Of a stretch of DNA of 64,000 nucleotides, positions 1-10,282 are shown piece by piece. The translations under genes and the position numbers were made by a program. Within the stretch, counting starts at the first letter, position 1; every line of letters starts with the position of its first letter. This DNA is from a bacterium (GTDB lineage Bacteria; Patescibacteriota; Patescibacteriia; UBA9570): the NCBI GenBank assembly GCA_030698395.1, contig JAUYKW010000020.1:1741-65740 (forward strand). Reading direction: 5' to 3'. The notes beneath the pieces were generated by a model. That model searched no databases, was not told the DNA's origin, and saw nothing but the letters and a program-made list of their open reading frames with translations.

Positions 1-976
1 TAACATCTGGAAGGTATTCTTGATTATTTGAATCTGAAGCCAACATACGATGAGCTTGCAACAACCATAAATTACGATCGATAAAAGATTCATTACCAAT
101 TTGTTCTAGTACAGCCTCTGCTTCTGCAATGCTGCCCATAACTCTTTTATCAACACTATCCAAAAAACGTCTTTTGCCTGGCTGTAAATGTGTAAAAACT
201 GCTTTTAATCCGTTTGTTTGTATGGCTGCTCTTTTTTTTGTAATATAAGCAGATTGTAAATTATCGGCTTCTGTTAGATGTTGTAAAAGATCTCTCGTAT
301 TATTCCAACTCTTTAAAGCATTCGCTTCTTCATCAACCGCATCGTCATCCAACAACTCTGTAATAGGTGCTGGGCCACTAATTTCTTTATTATCCAAACC
401 TAACTCATCTGATAAAATTGCCGCTTCCCATTCTAACCCTCTCTGAAAACGTTCTTGAGCTATGTTATTTGGATCTGCCGCCATATCTATAAGAGTCACA
501 GCTTTTTCATGTGAGTATCTACGTACACTTTGTGCCTCAAGCATATCTGCCTTTAACAACAGCATTTGTTTCATACCAACCTGATCTGGATCACCATCAT
601 CAATATCTGGCATGTGCCGAAAGCTATCTAATGTAACATTAGCTTTTCGTTTGCCATCAATGAACCTCCGCAAAATTTCTCCTCCTTTGACTGGATCCGC
701 GAATAGTCTAATAATAATATTTTCTCTTGTGTCTGCAATCTGCTTTTTAGCATATTCGACATCTACTGGAGCATCAATATCTGTTCTAGAAGATTCTAAC
801 TCAAAAATGGCTCTATTAATTTGAACCAATTCAGCATCAGTTAAACTAATGCCTTCATTGTGAAATAATAATTCAATCCGAGCTACTTGCTCCTGTTTTG
901 CATCCTGCTTTATATCGGTATCACTTTCTGTGCCTAAATCAGGACGTAAAGAATTATTTGTTAATTCATCTACCAT
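1..976 (-). CDS. hypothetical protein, partial (runs off the window start; >=325 aa, MVDELTNNSLRPDLG...)
   Basis: Manual translation from ATG at 976 stays open to position 1; TTGACA-17-TAGAAT promoter lies 6 nt upstream; not in ORF track because the stop is outside the window. Confidence 0.8.
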   Translation of the reverse strand, partial: MVDELTNNSLRPDLGTESDTDIKQDAKQEQVARIELLFHNEGISLTDAELVQINRAIFELESSRTDIDAPVDVEYAKKQIADTRENIIIRLFADPVKGGEILRRFIDGKRKANVTLDSFRHMPDIDDGDPDQVGMKQMLLLKADMLEAQSVRRYSHEKAVTLIDMAADPNNIAQERFQRGLEWEAAILSDELGLDNKEISGPAPITELLDDDAVDEEANALKSWNNTRDLLQHLTEADNLQSAYITKKRAAIQTNGLKAVFTHLQPGKRRFLDSVDKRVMGSIAEAEAVLEQIGNESFIDRNLWLLQAHRMLASDSNNQEYLPDV

Positions 977-982
977 TTTTGT

Positions 983-1011
983 ATTCTAGCACATTTTACA
1001 GAATTTGTCAA
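983..1011 (-). promoter_or_regulatory. sigma70 promoter TTGACA-N17-TAGAAT, leaderless spacing to ATG 976
   Basis: -35 at 1006-1011, -10 at 983-988, 6 nt to start codon. Confidence 0.7.
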
Positions 1012-1061
1012 TATATAATAAAAACAACTAGCTTATTACAAGACATAACTTAAACTACGTT

Positions 1062-1583
1062 TTAAAGCTCGTATACGTATATAGAAATATCCTTTGGCGT
1101 TGGTTTATCAACAACTACTGGCGTTAGGCCAGGAAAGGAAAATGTATAGGAAATAATGCGACTACCAGGTTTCAGTTCTTTTACTAATTTATCTTTCAAT
1201 TTATTTTTAATCGTTTTTGGCATGCCAAATACATACACAACATCGGCATCAGAAAAATCTTTATTAAAAATATTTCCTAGTTTGAAATTAATATTCTTGC
1301 GCATCGATAAAGTTTTTCGAACCTTGCAAATAAGATACATGGGCAATGCTAATTCTATGCCAATAGCAGTAATATCATTCCTCTCTCCAGCATAAAGAAC
1401 CACTTTCCCATCTCCACAACCCAAGTCATAAAACGTCTCCCCTGATTTAAAGTTGGCAAGTTTATTTATTCTTTCAAGATCTCGACTCCGCATTGGAACC
1501 CAAGGAGCCAAGGATAATGCGGCAATTGCAAATGAAAATAAAAAAAGAGTAGTAAAAAATAGAATAAGAGTACCAGTCGTCAT
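1062..1583 (-). CDS. class I SAM-dependent methyltransferase with N-terminal TM helix
   Basis: APWVP motif, YDLGCGDG SAM-binding motif I, GIEL, ADVVYVF, ELKPGSRIIS. Confidence 0.85.
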   Translation of the reverse strand: MTTGTLILFFTTLFLFSFAIAALSLAPWVPMRSRDLERINKLANFKSGETFYDLGCGDGKVVLYAGERNDITAIGIELALPMYLICKVRKTLSMRKNINFKLGNIFNKDFSDADVVYVFGMPKTIKNKLKDKLVKELKPGSRIISYTFSFPGLTPVVVDKPTPKDISIYVYEL

Positions 1584-1587
1584 AAAA

Positions 1588-4347
1588 CTATACTTGATCT
1601 GCTTTAATTACGCGCACTTCTCCACCAGGCTGAAGTTCAACTATATCACGACGTCCCAATTCTTTACTAAGCAATAATTTAGCAATTGCATCTTGAGTCG
1701 TATCTTGAATTAATCTTCGCAACGGACGTGCTCCAAATATTGGATCATATCCCCGTTTTGCCAAATCACGCAAAGCATCTTCGGTCCATTGTAAAGACAC
1801 ACCCTTTTCTTCTAACTGCTTTGCTAATTTACGCAATAATAAATCACATACCTGCATTAATTCAATCTCACTAAGCGGCGTAAACACAACGATGTCATCA
1901 AATCTATTCAAGAATTCTGGTCGAAATGAATCCTTTAACAAATCCCCCTCGATTAACTGGCGCTTTATCTGCTCACTGTTTTGCCCTTCCTTATATGCAT
2001 TTTGAATCGCATTTGTTCCAGAGTTTGATGTCGCGATTATCATTGCGTTTGTAAAATCATTTACTCTTCCAGTACCATCAGTCAAACGTCCGTCCTCCAT
2101 TACTTGCAAGAATAAATTCAGTACATCGGGATGAGCCTTCTCTAACTCATCTAGTAATACTATTCCAAAAGGAGTGCGCTTTATTGCATCTGTAAGTAAG
2201 CCCGGTTTACCAGCACCACCGATTAGTTTTTGAATACTACCTTGACTATCGTACTCACTCATATCAAACCTCATCATATTTTGCTCATTGCCAAAATATG
2301 TAGCTGCAATAGCTTTTGCAGTTTCTGTTTTACCAACACCAGTTGGCCCAAGAAATAGCAAACTTGAAATAGGACGATTAGCATCTCTAATATCCTGGCT
2401 AGCGCGTCGTAACGATCTAGCAATTGCTACTATAGCTGCATTCTGGCCAATTACCTTATGATGCAAAATTTCTTCAAGATTCAATAATCGCGATGCTTCA
2501 TCATCTGATATTGAACTAACAGCCACATTAGTTTTTTCCGACATTACTTGCTGGATAGCCTGTTTTGTAACTAAAGATTGTGCACCAAGTTTTTCTTTAA
2601 CATATACTGCAGATTCCTCCATAATATCTATTGCTTTTGATGGCAAATGTCGATTCTTAATAAACCTATCACTTAAATTAACACACGCTTCCAAAGCATC
2701 GTAAGTAAAAAATACTTGATGCTTAGCTTCTATGAATGGAGCTCTACCTTCTAAAACAATTATGGCATCAGCTGGTTCCAATTCTGGAATCTGTACTACC
2801 TGGAATCTTCTTAAAAAAGTTTCTTGCGGTTCTATGTACTGCTGAAATTCCTGAGTAGTTGTAGTGCCAATAACTCGCAGATATCCTTGGGATATATAAT
2901 TCATTAAAATTTTACCTATATCAATACTAGAGCCAGTGGATCCTGCGCCTAACAATGTATGAATATCTTCTAGTCCCCAAATTACATTTCCTGCCATAAT
3001 AATGTCACCAATAATTTGCTGCATCCGCAGTTCTATACCGCCAATATCAGACGCACCAGCAATAATTGCACTTGGATCTGTAACAACAAATCTCATATCT
3101 TGTAATTCCTTCGGCACATCCTCAGCACTCATCAAACGAGCAATGCCCTGTAAAATAGTACTTTTACCAACACCGGAAGGTCCTACTAATAAAACGCTAT
3201 TTGTGCTCTGTTGCAAAACTCTGAAAGCTTCTTCTATTTCTTTACTACGTCCTATTGGTGGCAAATAACCATTAGCCTTTGCAACTGCTGTAAAATCTTG
3301 AGACACTGCATCCAATTTATCAGTTGGTCTTGCTGTCATCGCTCTATTCATAATGCCCTTTGGCTTACTTCTGGACATCTTCTTTCGATTTTTTTCTTTT
3401 TCAATAATATCCTCAACTAAGTTGCTCCAATAAACTAAATTACGAACTTTATTAATATCAACAGATCGATCATAAAAAGCATCCTCAATTAATTTATTGC
3501 TCAATATACATCCCACCATTAATTCTACTTGGGCAACCGCTGGTCTTTCATTTATTCTAGCCTCGCTATATGCGTACATTAATGTTTTTACAAAATCCGC
3601 ACCTCTACTTACTTCCGTAGATGCAGAAGCCTGCTCTTGCATTTTAATTGCGATTCTTCCCAGTGCATCTATAAGATCGTTCAGATCTATCTCTAACCTC
3701 AATAATACAGATCTTAATTCCGTAGATTCTGCCATGCTTATTAATAAATGAATAGGTCGTACTTCTGTATGCCCCAACTGAGCAGCTTTAGTAAAAGATT
3801 TATCAAGAGCTATTAATGCATCAGGTTTAAAATATTTCGAAATTTCTATTTTTTGCTTACTCGACATCCCTTTCCAATAATTCCAATCCCCTACATCACC
3901 AGTAATTGATACGTTAGCTAAAATATTTTCGCGTAAAATTGTGGGCGCTGGTTTACGATGTCTCTCAATTCGGTAATATAGTAAAATATCGTTTATTATA
4001 GTTAACCAAAATAACAACATTAGTCCAGATTGATCTCCAAAAACTCCGTAAAAATATTTCTCAGTTTGATAAAAATTAAACATGGCCACAACCAAAGCGA
4101 TTATGCCAGCTACTGCAATTATTAAAAGTACTGTATCGATTAATCTATCAAAAAACTTTTCTATTTTTTTTTGTTTAACCCTATCTACGCTAATTTCCTT
4201 ATCCCAATATATTGAATCATTTTCAATAAAACCAAAAGTACTTTGATCGCCCTCGCAAAGAGTACAGCTAACATGTTTTCCACTAGGAGTTATATTAAAT
4301 CCATAACCATGACATTGCGGACAATCAATAAAACTTACTACCCCCAT
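1588..4347 (-). CDS. Clp/Hsp100 double-AAA+ ATPase with N-terminal Zn-finger and two TM helices
   Basis: Walker A GPSGVGKS and GPTGVGKT, RFDMSEY, LLDELEKAHPDV, FRPEFLNRFD, GARPLRR; Clp-N domain; CPQCHGYG/CTLCEG N-terminus. Confidence 0.9.
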   Translation of the reverse strand: MGVVSFIDCPQCHGYGFNITPSGKHVSCTLCEGDQSTFGFIENDSIYWDKEISVDRVKQKKIEKFFDRLIDTVLLIIAVAGIIALVVAMFNFYQTEKYFYGVFGDQSGLMLLFWLTIINDILLYYRIERHRKPAPTILRENILANVSITGDVGDWNYWKGMSSKQKIEISKYFKPDALIALDKSFTKAAQLGHTEVRPIHLLISMAESTELRSVLLRLEIDLNDLIDALGRIAIKMQEQASASTEVSRGADFVKTLMYAYSEARINERPAVAQVELMVGCILSNKLIEDAFYDRSVDINKVRNLVYWSNLVEDIIEKEKNRKKMSRSKPKGIMNRAMTARPTDKLDAVSQDFTAVAKANGYLPPIGRSKEIEEAFRVLQQSTNSVLLVGPSGVGKSTILQGIARLMSAEDVPKELQDMRFVVTDPSAIIAGASDIGGIELRMQQIIGDIIMAGNVIWGLEDIHTLLGAGSTGSSIDIGKILMNYISQGYLRVIGTTTTQEFQQYIEPQETFLRRFQVVQIPELEPADAIIVLEGRAPFIEAKHQVFFTYDALEACVNLSDRFIKNRHLPSKAIDIMEESAVYVKEKLGAQSLVTKQAIQQVMSEKTNVAVSSISDDEASRLLNLEEILHHKVIGQNAAIVAIARSLRRASQDIRDANRPISSLLFLGPTGVGKTETAKAIAATYFGNEQNMMRFDMSEYDSQGSIQKLIGGAGKPGLLTDAIKRTPFGIVLLDELEKAHPDVLNLFLQVMEDGRLTDGTGRVNDFTNAMIIATSNSGTNAIQNAYKEGQNSEQIKRQLIEGDLLKDSFRPEFLNRFDDIVVFTPLSEIELMQVCDLLLRKLAKQLEEKGVSLQWTEDALRDLAKRGYDPIFGARPLRRLIQDTTQDAIAKLLLSKELGRRDIVELQPGGEVRVIKADQV

Positions 4348-4733
4348 AGTATTTCGTAAAAGTTAAACTGAATAATTCCTATTTGAAACGCAATGTTATA
4401 CAAAATAAATATAGGAAACAACAACCATGCTATAAGTACTAATACCAAAAATAACATATAAACAAACGCTGCAAAAGATAAAACAACAAATTGTACTATC
4501 CGCACAACTATACTAATTGCTCGACTCGCAAAGTCTGTGTAACCATACATCGGTGCAAATAAATACTTACGCAGAGTTCCTAAATTTAGATTTCTAATTA
4601 AATCTTTAGCTGCACTTAATAATGCCTTTTGAATTTTGCCCCTGCCACTCCCATACCACCATGGCATAAAAAACAGAACACTCTTTGCGGTGTCTAAGCC
4701 AATAAATGTAATTGCACGTCTAAGTACTTGCAT
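4338..4733 (-). CDS. membrane protein translationally coupled to the Clp ATPase
   Basis: 131-aa ORF, PWWYG motif, hydrophobic C-terminal helices, overlaps Clp start. Confidence 0.75.
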   Translation of the reverse strand: MQVLRRAITFIGLDTAKSVLFFMPWWYGSGRGKIQKALLSAAKDLIRNLNLGTLRKYLFAPMYGYTDFASRAISIVVRIVQFVVLSFAAFVYMLFLVLVLIAWLLFPIFILYNIAFQIGIIQFNFYEILWG

Positions 4734-4756
4734 TACGCTAAATTATACCACAAATA

Positions 4757-5131
4757 TTACTCAAAATGAAGATATGGACCAAACGCAAATAAACAGATAA
4801 AAGCTACCAGAAAAAAACCACTCAACAACACATTCCAGCCAAATAGAAGAAAAGAAAGTAATCCAAATATAGTAATAATGGTTGCAAATATCCATGAAAT
4901 TGACTCCCGACGAAACACCCATTTAAAGAGTGCTCCCAAAATAACCAATCCAAAGGTTAGGCCAACAAATATATAAATCAAAATTAAGGCTTTATCTGAT
5001 GCAAATGGAGTCGTATACTGTAACGCCAAAGCAAGAACAGTCATTGCAATATTTATAGATAAAGTAACACCCCAAAGAATGTAAGAGGATGTCATGTCTC
5101 GATGATTGATGATTGTATCCGACTTGGCCAT
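4757..5131 (-). CDS. hypothetical membrane protein (about 4 TM)
   Basis: Hydrophobic 124-aa ORF in an operon-like run. Confidence 0.7.
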   Translation of the reverse strand: MAKSDTIINHRDMTSSYILWGVTLSINIAMTVLALALQYTTPFASDKALILIYIFVGLTFGLVILGALFKWVFRRESISWIFATIITIFGLLSFLLFGWNVLLSGFFLVAFICLFAFGPYLHFE

Positions 5132-5152
5132 TTAATGTTTATCCGCCTTAAC

Positions 5153-5503
5153 TTAGATACAAGTAAATGCCATAGAAATCATCTTAATTAAATAAGTAAT
5201 CATTCCACACATAAGAAAAGTAATAAATACAACTAGTGCAACGTGTTTCTTATGATGCTCATACAAGTTATATGCTTCCAACATCAATGCAATAAAAACT
5301 ATACCAACGCCATAATATCCGATAACGGCAATTGCTCCGAATAATTCATCAGCACAAATCTGAGTAAAAGCAGGAAAAATTAACATGCCAAAAACTACAC
5401 TTACCACAATAGTTCCAACAAATGCTAAGAATATTGGTAATACAGGATGTAAACCATGTCTTGTTTGATGATGCTCACGCCTTTTATGTAAAAGCTCTTT
5501 CAT
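5153..5503 (-). CDS. hypothetical membrane protein (about 3 TM)
   Basis: Hydrophobic 116-aa ORF, His-rich N-terminus. Confidence 0.7.
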   Translation of the reverse strand: MKELLHKRREHHQTRHGLHPVLPIFLAFVGTIVVSVVFGMLIFPAFTQICADELFGAIAVIGYYGVGIVFIALMLEAYNLYEHHKKHVALVVFITFLMCGMITYLIKMISMAFTCI

Positions 5504-5524
5504 AAACTTAATTATAGTCTCTTT

Positions 5525-6337
5525 TTAAGGAAGATACAACACTGATGGTACAACAGCAGAAGAATTTTCATAAACAATATCAGCGCCTAAAATCGAGATT
5601 CCAGTTGACGTGCCACCATCTAAATTTAATGCTGTTGTAACAGGAATGTCTAAATCCTCTAAAATTAAATCATCCACGTCCTGCAAAGTCACCATGCCAG
5701 TTTCCGCAATTATTAAATACATCAAACCATCCTCATCCATGGCCACTACAGAGCGTTGCGCAATATCATCAGAGCTATCATCTACTAATGCTACTGCATT
5801 ACTAATTAACATTGGATAAGATTGAATGCTATATTCATAATCTTTGATAGCCATATCTTGAGTAGCTGCGATTATCCACCTCTTTCCATCAGTAGTAGAC
5901 GCTTTTGCTGTTTTTCCAGACAATAACGGACCATTAACTTTTCCCTCTACTATAGTTTGAGTTGTTAAATTAAATTCTTCATCAAAAAAAGAAGCATTAA
6001 TAACAACAGTTGCTCCTAACTTAGATCTCCATTCGCTGACAGTAAGTGGATTATCTGTATCAACCGCGATTTGTAAATTATTATTTGCAGGACTAAATTT
6101 AACAATACTAAATAATTCTGATCCTAAAGCTGCATCTGCTTGCATTTGTTTAAATTCAACTCCCTCGGATATTTGTGTCCATTCTTTATATTTAAAATTA
6201 TCAGTTTTAGAAACTGCTTTATCTCCAGAAGTTGTAAGATCGAAGTCTAATTGTGAAGTTGAACAGCTAGAACCAATAGTGACTAAACAGACTACTACTA
6301 TGAAAGATACCGTAACTTTTTGTATAATTGATTCCAT
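5525..6337 (-). CDS. phosphodiester glycosidase (NAGPA/DUF2233) family exported protein
   Basis: VINASFF, QSYPMLI, RSVVA, ALNLDGGTST motifs; signal/lipobox-like N-terminus. Confidence 0.8.
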   Translation of the reverse strand: MESIIQKVTVSFIVVVCLVTIGSSCSTSQLDFDLTTSGDKAVSKTDNFKYKEWTQISEGVEFKQMQADAALGSELFSIVKFSPANNNLQIAVDTDNPLTVSEWRSKLGATVVINASFFDEEFNLTTQTIVEGKVNGPLLSGKTAKASTTDGKRWIIAATQDMAIKDYEYSIQSYPMLISNAVALVDDSSDDIAQRSVVAMDEDGLMYLIIAETGMVTLQDVDDLILEDLDIPVTTALNLDGGTSTGISILGADIVYENSSAVVPSVLYLP

Positions 6338-6354
6338 TTTAGAGAGTCAGATTA

Positions 6355-7071
6355 TCACGAATACTGACTAGTGACAAACTGAATTAAATCACCATATCTT
6401 TTTAACCAATTTTTAGAAATCGTAGCATTGTCTGTATGCTGATTAACTAACTTCCAAAAACTTTTAGAGTGATTCAAATGATTTATATGTGATAATTCAT
6501 GAATAACGACATAATCTTGCGCATAAATTGGAGCACACATTAATTTCCAATTCATGCTGATACTCCCCTGTTGCGAACAACTCCCCCACATTGTTTTTTG
6601 TCCCCGAATTGATAAACGTCGATATTTGACGTTCATTTGTTCACTGTAATTATCTAGCTTTTGTTTAAGGTTATCTCTGGCAGTTCTTTTTATCCATGAA
6701 AAATATAATTTTTTTATATCCCGTGTTGCAATACTTTGATTTGATATATTAACAACATTATCTATAATTTCAATTTTTCTTGTACCTGTTGAAATATTTA
6801 ACTCATGTGGCAAGCCATGCAATATTGTATTTCCATAATGCTGAAACTTATATTTGGCAAATTGCTTTTGTTGAGGCTCAATTTTTTTTAACTGCTGCTT
6901 TATCCAGGAATTATATTTCCGCAACATCTTTTTTACATATTTATCAGATAATTGACGAGGCATAATAATGCTCAACCCATCAACTGGACTAATAGAAAAA
7001 GACAACCTCTTTGCCCTAGGATTTAAAACTACTTTATAAGAATATTCACTTTCCATGTTAAGCATAATCAA
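6355..7071 (-). CDS. YgjP/DUF45 family metal-dependent hydrolase (M48-like)
   Basis: QKTMWGSCS, DYVVIHELSH (HExxH), NHSKSFW. Confidence 0.88.
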   Translation of the reverse strand: MIMLNMESEYSYKVVLNPRAKRLSFSISPVDGLSIIMPRQLSDKYVKKMLRKYNSWIKQQLKKIEPQQKQFAKYKFQHYGNTILHGLPHELNISTGTRKIEIIDNVVNISNQSIATRDIKKLYFSWIKRTARDNLKQKLDNYSEQMNVKYRRLSIRGQKTMWGSCSQQGSISMNWKLMCAPIYAQDYVVIHELSHINHLNHSKSFWKLVNQHTDNATISKNWLKRYGDLIQFVTSQYS

Positions 7072-8179
7072 TCGCTTCCCGTATTTCTGCCATCATTTGC
7101 ACATAAAAACTCAAATTATGAATTGATGTAAGTTTCTTTGCTAAAGGATCGTCTATAGTAAAAAGATGACGAATATAAGCCCGGGAATATCCAGAAGCAC
7201 AAGTATAACATTCACAAAAAGGATCTAAAGCTAATTCTGATAAATCATGTATAGCACCTTTTATTGTAATTTTCTCATAATAAATTTCTGATAAATCCTG
7301 AGCTACTAAACCATCTTGTTGAGTTCGTATATATACTTGGCCATGGCGAGCATTCCTAGTTGGTAAAACACAATCAAACATGTCTACACCCCTTTTTACA
7401 GCTTCTAAGACCTGCTCTGGTTGACCAACACCCATCAGATATCTTGGTTTATTGGTTGGTAACTCAGGAACCACATTATCTAAAACTTCATACATAATTT
7501 CTGGCGGTTCTCCAACCGCAAGGCCTCCAATTGCATAACCATCAAAATCAACTGCCAACAATTGTTGAGCACTACTTTTACGTAAATCTTTATAACTTGA
7601 TCCCTGGACGATTCCAAAGAGCAAAGACCTCACGGATTTGGATCGTTTCTGCATCACCATATCGTGCCATTGTTTACATCGTAATGCCCAAGCCGTTGTT
7701 AAATATACTGATTTTTTTGCAACATCATAGTCTGCAGGATAGCCAGGAAAATAATCAAAACACATCCTAATATCAGAACCTATAGCATCTTGAATTTCCA
7801 TAGACAACTCTGGAGTAAAAAAAGTTTCTTTACCATCAATGTGAGAATTAAAAACAACACCATCATCAGTTAACTTACGCAATCGTGCCAAACTAAATAC
7901 TTGAAAACCACCGGAATCTGTCAAAATGGGTTTTTGCCAATTCATCAACTTATGTAAATGTCCAAATGAGTTTAATTTTTCAATACCAGGACGTAAATAC
8001 AAATGGTATGCATTTGATAGTAATATCTGATTTCCAAGTTGTTTAAAATCTGAATTATCTAAATACTTTACAGCACCTTTAGTAGCTATCGGCATAAAAA
8101 AAGGTGTTTCAATATCACCGTGTGCAGTACGCAAAGTTCCTCTCCTGGCACCTCCCAGTTCGGCTTTTAAATTAAACAT
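7058..8179 (-). CDS. tgt: tRNA-guanine(34) transglycosylase
   Basis: TPFFMP, TDSGGFQVFSL, GIVQG, GGLAVGE, PRYLMGVG, DMFDCVLPTRNARHG, CECYTC zinc site. Confidence 0.96.
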   Translation of the reverse strand: MFNLKAELGGARRGTLRTAHGDIETPFFMPIATKGAVKYLDNSDFKQLGNQILLSNAYHLYLRPGIEKLNSFGHLHKLMNWQKPILTDSGGFQVFSLARLRKLTDDGVVFNSHIDGKETFFTPELSMEIQDAIGSDIRMCFDYFPGYPADYDVAKKSVYLTTAWALRCKQWHDMVMQKRSKSVRSLLFGIVQGSSYKDLRKSSAQQLLAVDFDGYAIGGLAVGEPPEIMYEVLDNVVPELPTNKPRYLMGVGQPEQVLEAVKRGVDMFDCVLPTRNARHGQVYIRTQQDGLVAQDLSEIYYEKITIKGAIHDLSELALDPFCECYTCASGYSRAYIRHLFTIDDPLAKKLTSIHNLSFYVQMMAEIREAIDYA

Positions 8180-8184
8180 GACGT

Positions 8185-10275
8185 TTATGGTTTTTTTACA
8201 ACTACGCCATCATCGGTTACTCCCGGATCCGTTATCAAATGGCTAGTTACTTTATTTGCCTGAGCTTGAATGGCTTCATTACTATTTGCATCAATTGCTG
8301 AAAGTATAGATTCATTTGTTAAAACTAATAATTTTCCAACATCCTGACTGGTAGGTGTAACTGAAACTATAAAATCAATTTCCCGTATTTGATTAGCTTT
8401 CATTGATTTAAAATCTAACGTTACAGTAGAACTAGCAACATCATAACTAACACGATCATCACTTGAACCTATGTATAGTACACCATCTGGCAAAGTAGTC
8501 TTAACCTCTAAATTATCCATATCTCCCCCACTGGATTCAATATACCAACGAATTACAAATTCTGTTGTATTACCAACTTGAGGTGGTAATGGACCAGTTC
8601 CTAACTTGGTTAAATCATCATCATAATATCTACCCACCGCACTAATCTGTACATTACCCTGTAATCTCGTAATAGCTTCGCTAGTCTGCTCAAACTCTAC
8701 ATCTCCACCATTTACTTGAGCATTTATAACACTAAGAGTTGCTTTAATATCTGTTGTTTCGTCTGTATAAGCCTGTCTTAAAGTGCTGTTATATGTTAAT
8801 TGTTTACTTTCTCCAGGTGCAAGTAGCTCAATAGTATCTAACTCAACCTCCGATCCATCTAACAATTCACCATCAAATTTCAACCTCAATTCTAGATTTT
8901 CAATGGTAGCTTCTGATGTGTTCTGCACTTCAATCGCATACTCTAAATTATCTCCTGGTTGTGCGAACTCGGGAGCCATTAACTGCATTGATAATTCTGG
9001 GTTTACAACTTCAATTTCATTACTTGCCTCAGCCTGCACATTAAAGAAACCATCAGGCTCTTGGATGCCTACTTGTAAAACAAAATTCTGAATTGTACCG
9101 CCATCTCCAGTTACTTCACCATTAACTTTTACTTCATTACTTTCTCCCGGAGCTAACTCTGATACCAACCATGTATGATTTCCTTGATCGGCAGATGGAC
9201 TTGCTGAAACAGGCCGGAATCCAGTCGGATAAACTAACAGAGCCTTTAAATTAACCAATGAAAAAGCTGATGTGTTTGTAAAGGTGTAAACATACTGAAT
9301 CGCTTCACCCGTATGCGCTCTCTCTTGGACATTTACCTCTACTTGAATAATTGATTCATCTAGTAAAACCGAAGTATGTTCTGATACTTGAAAATCAGAT
9401 GTAAAATTAGCCGGCGTATATGTTAATAAAGATGTAAAATCTTTAGTTTCATCTTTTTGCCCAACAATTTGCCCAATAACACTAATAGTACCTTTGCTTC
9501 CACTAGGAACGTTAGTGATTGTCCATTTATTAGAACTTGCATCAACTGGTTGTGGATCTGAAGATCTAAAATAAAATCCCTGTGGATAAAGAACTTCAAT
9601 CGTGCCTTCCTCAATAGTTGAATTGCTACTATTTTCATAAACTATCTCTAATTCTATCTGGTCCCCGGATGCAATAGTTTCTACAGTTGAAATACTCAAA
9701 GAAACTTTACCTTGTTCAACGTCAACTCGATTAGCACCAAATATTAAATATCCCAGTCCAGCTGCTACTGCAGATAAAACAATAATGACAATTGCAAAAA
9801 TTGTTACTAAATTCTTCCGACTAGATCCTCTATCTAAAGTAGTCATGTCGATATCTGATTCACCAGGCTCAGATTTGTATAAATTTACAAAGTCATCTGT
9901 GCCATTCTCCTCATCATCATCTTTATCAACGTCTTCATCTGAATCTTCTTCATCATCCACATCCATATCATCGTCTATGTTCTTTGTGTCTTCCTCGTCA
10001 TTTTCTATTTCATCAACAATCTCATCAATAGATTCAGTCTCTAATTCTTCAGTAACTGTTTCAGTTAGTAGCTCCTCATCAAGTGTTTCATCAATCTCTT
10101 CTTCCTCAAGTTCTAGCTTTGGTTTTACTGCTGATTTTGATTGTTTTGATTTGATATTCTTACTAGTTCTTTTAGTAGATGTTGCCTTTTTACGTTTAAT
10201 AGACTGCTTCTCTTTAGCACTTTTGTTATCAACGCTTTTTTCAACCTTTGATTCTTTCTTTTCTTCTTTAGACAT
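8185..10275 (-). CDS. single-pass membrane protein with acidic N-terminus and DUF11/Ig-like extracellular repeats
   Basis: Basic then very acidic N-terminus, one TM, repeated 'GDxLEYxIxxxN' beta-sandwich units, GPLPPQVG motif. Confidence 0.75.
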   Translation of the reverse strand: MSKEEKKESKVEKSVDNKSAKEKQSIKRKKATSTKRTSKNIKSKQSKSAVKPKLELEEEEIDETLDEELLTETVTEELETESIDEIVDEIENDEEDTKNIDDDMDVDDEEDSDEDVDKDDDEENGTDDFVNLYKSEPGESDIDMTTLDRGSSRKNLVTIFAIVIIVLSAVAAGLGYLIFGANRVDVEQGKVSLSISTVETIASGDQIELEIVYENSSNSTIEEGTIEVLYPQGFYFRSSDPQPVDASSNKWTITNVPSGSKGTISVIGQIVGQKDETKDFTSLLTYTPANFTSDFQVSEHTSVLLDESIIQVEVNVQERAHTGEAIQYVYTFTNTSAFSLVNLKALLVYPTGFRPVSASPSADQGNHTWLVSELAPGESNEVKVNGEVTGDGGTIQNFVLQVGIQEPDGFFNVQAEASNEIEVVNPELSMQLMAPEFAQPGDNLEYAIEVQNTSEATIENLELRLKFDGELLDGSEVELDTIELLAPGESKQLTYNSTLRQAYTDETTDIKATLSVINAQVNGGDVEFEQTSEAITRLQGNVQISAVGRYYDDDLTKLGTGPLPPQVGNTTEFVIRWYIESSGGDMDNLEVKTTLPDGVLYIGSSDDRVSYDVASSTVTLDFKSMKANQIREIDFIVSVTPTSQDVGKLLVLTNESILSAIDANSNEAIQAQANKVTSHLITDPGVTDDGVVVKKP

Positions 10276-10282
10276 GCAGAAA

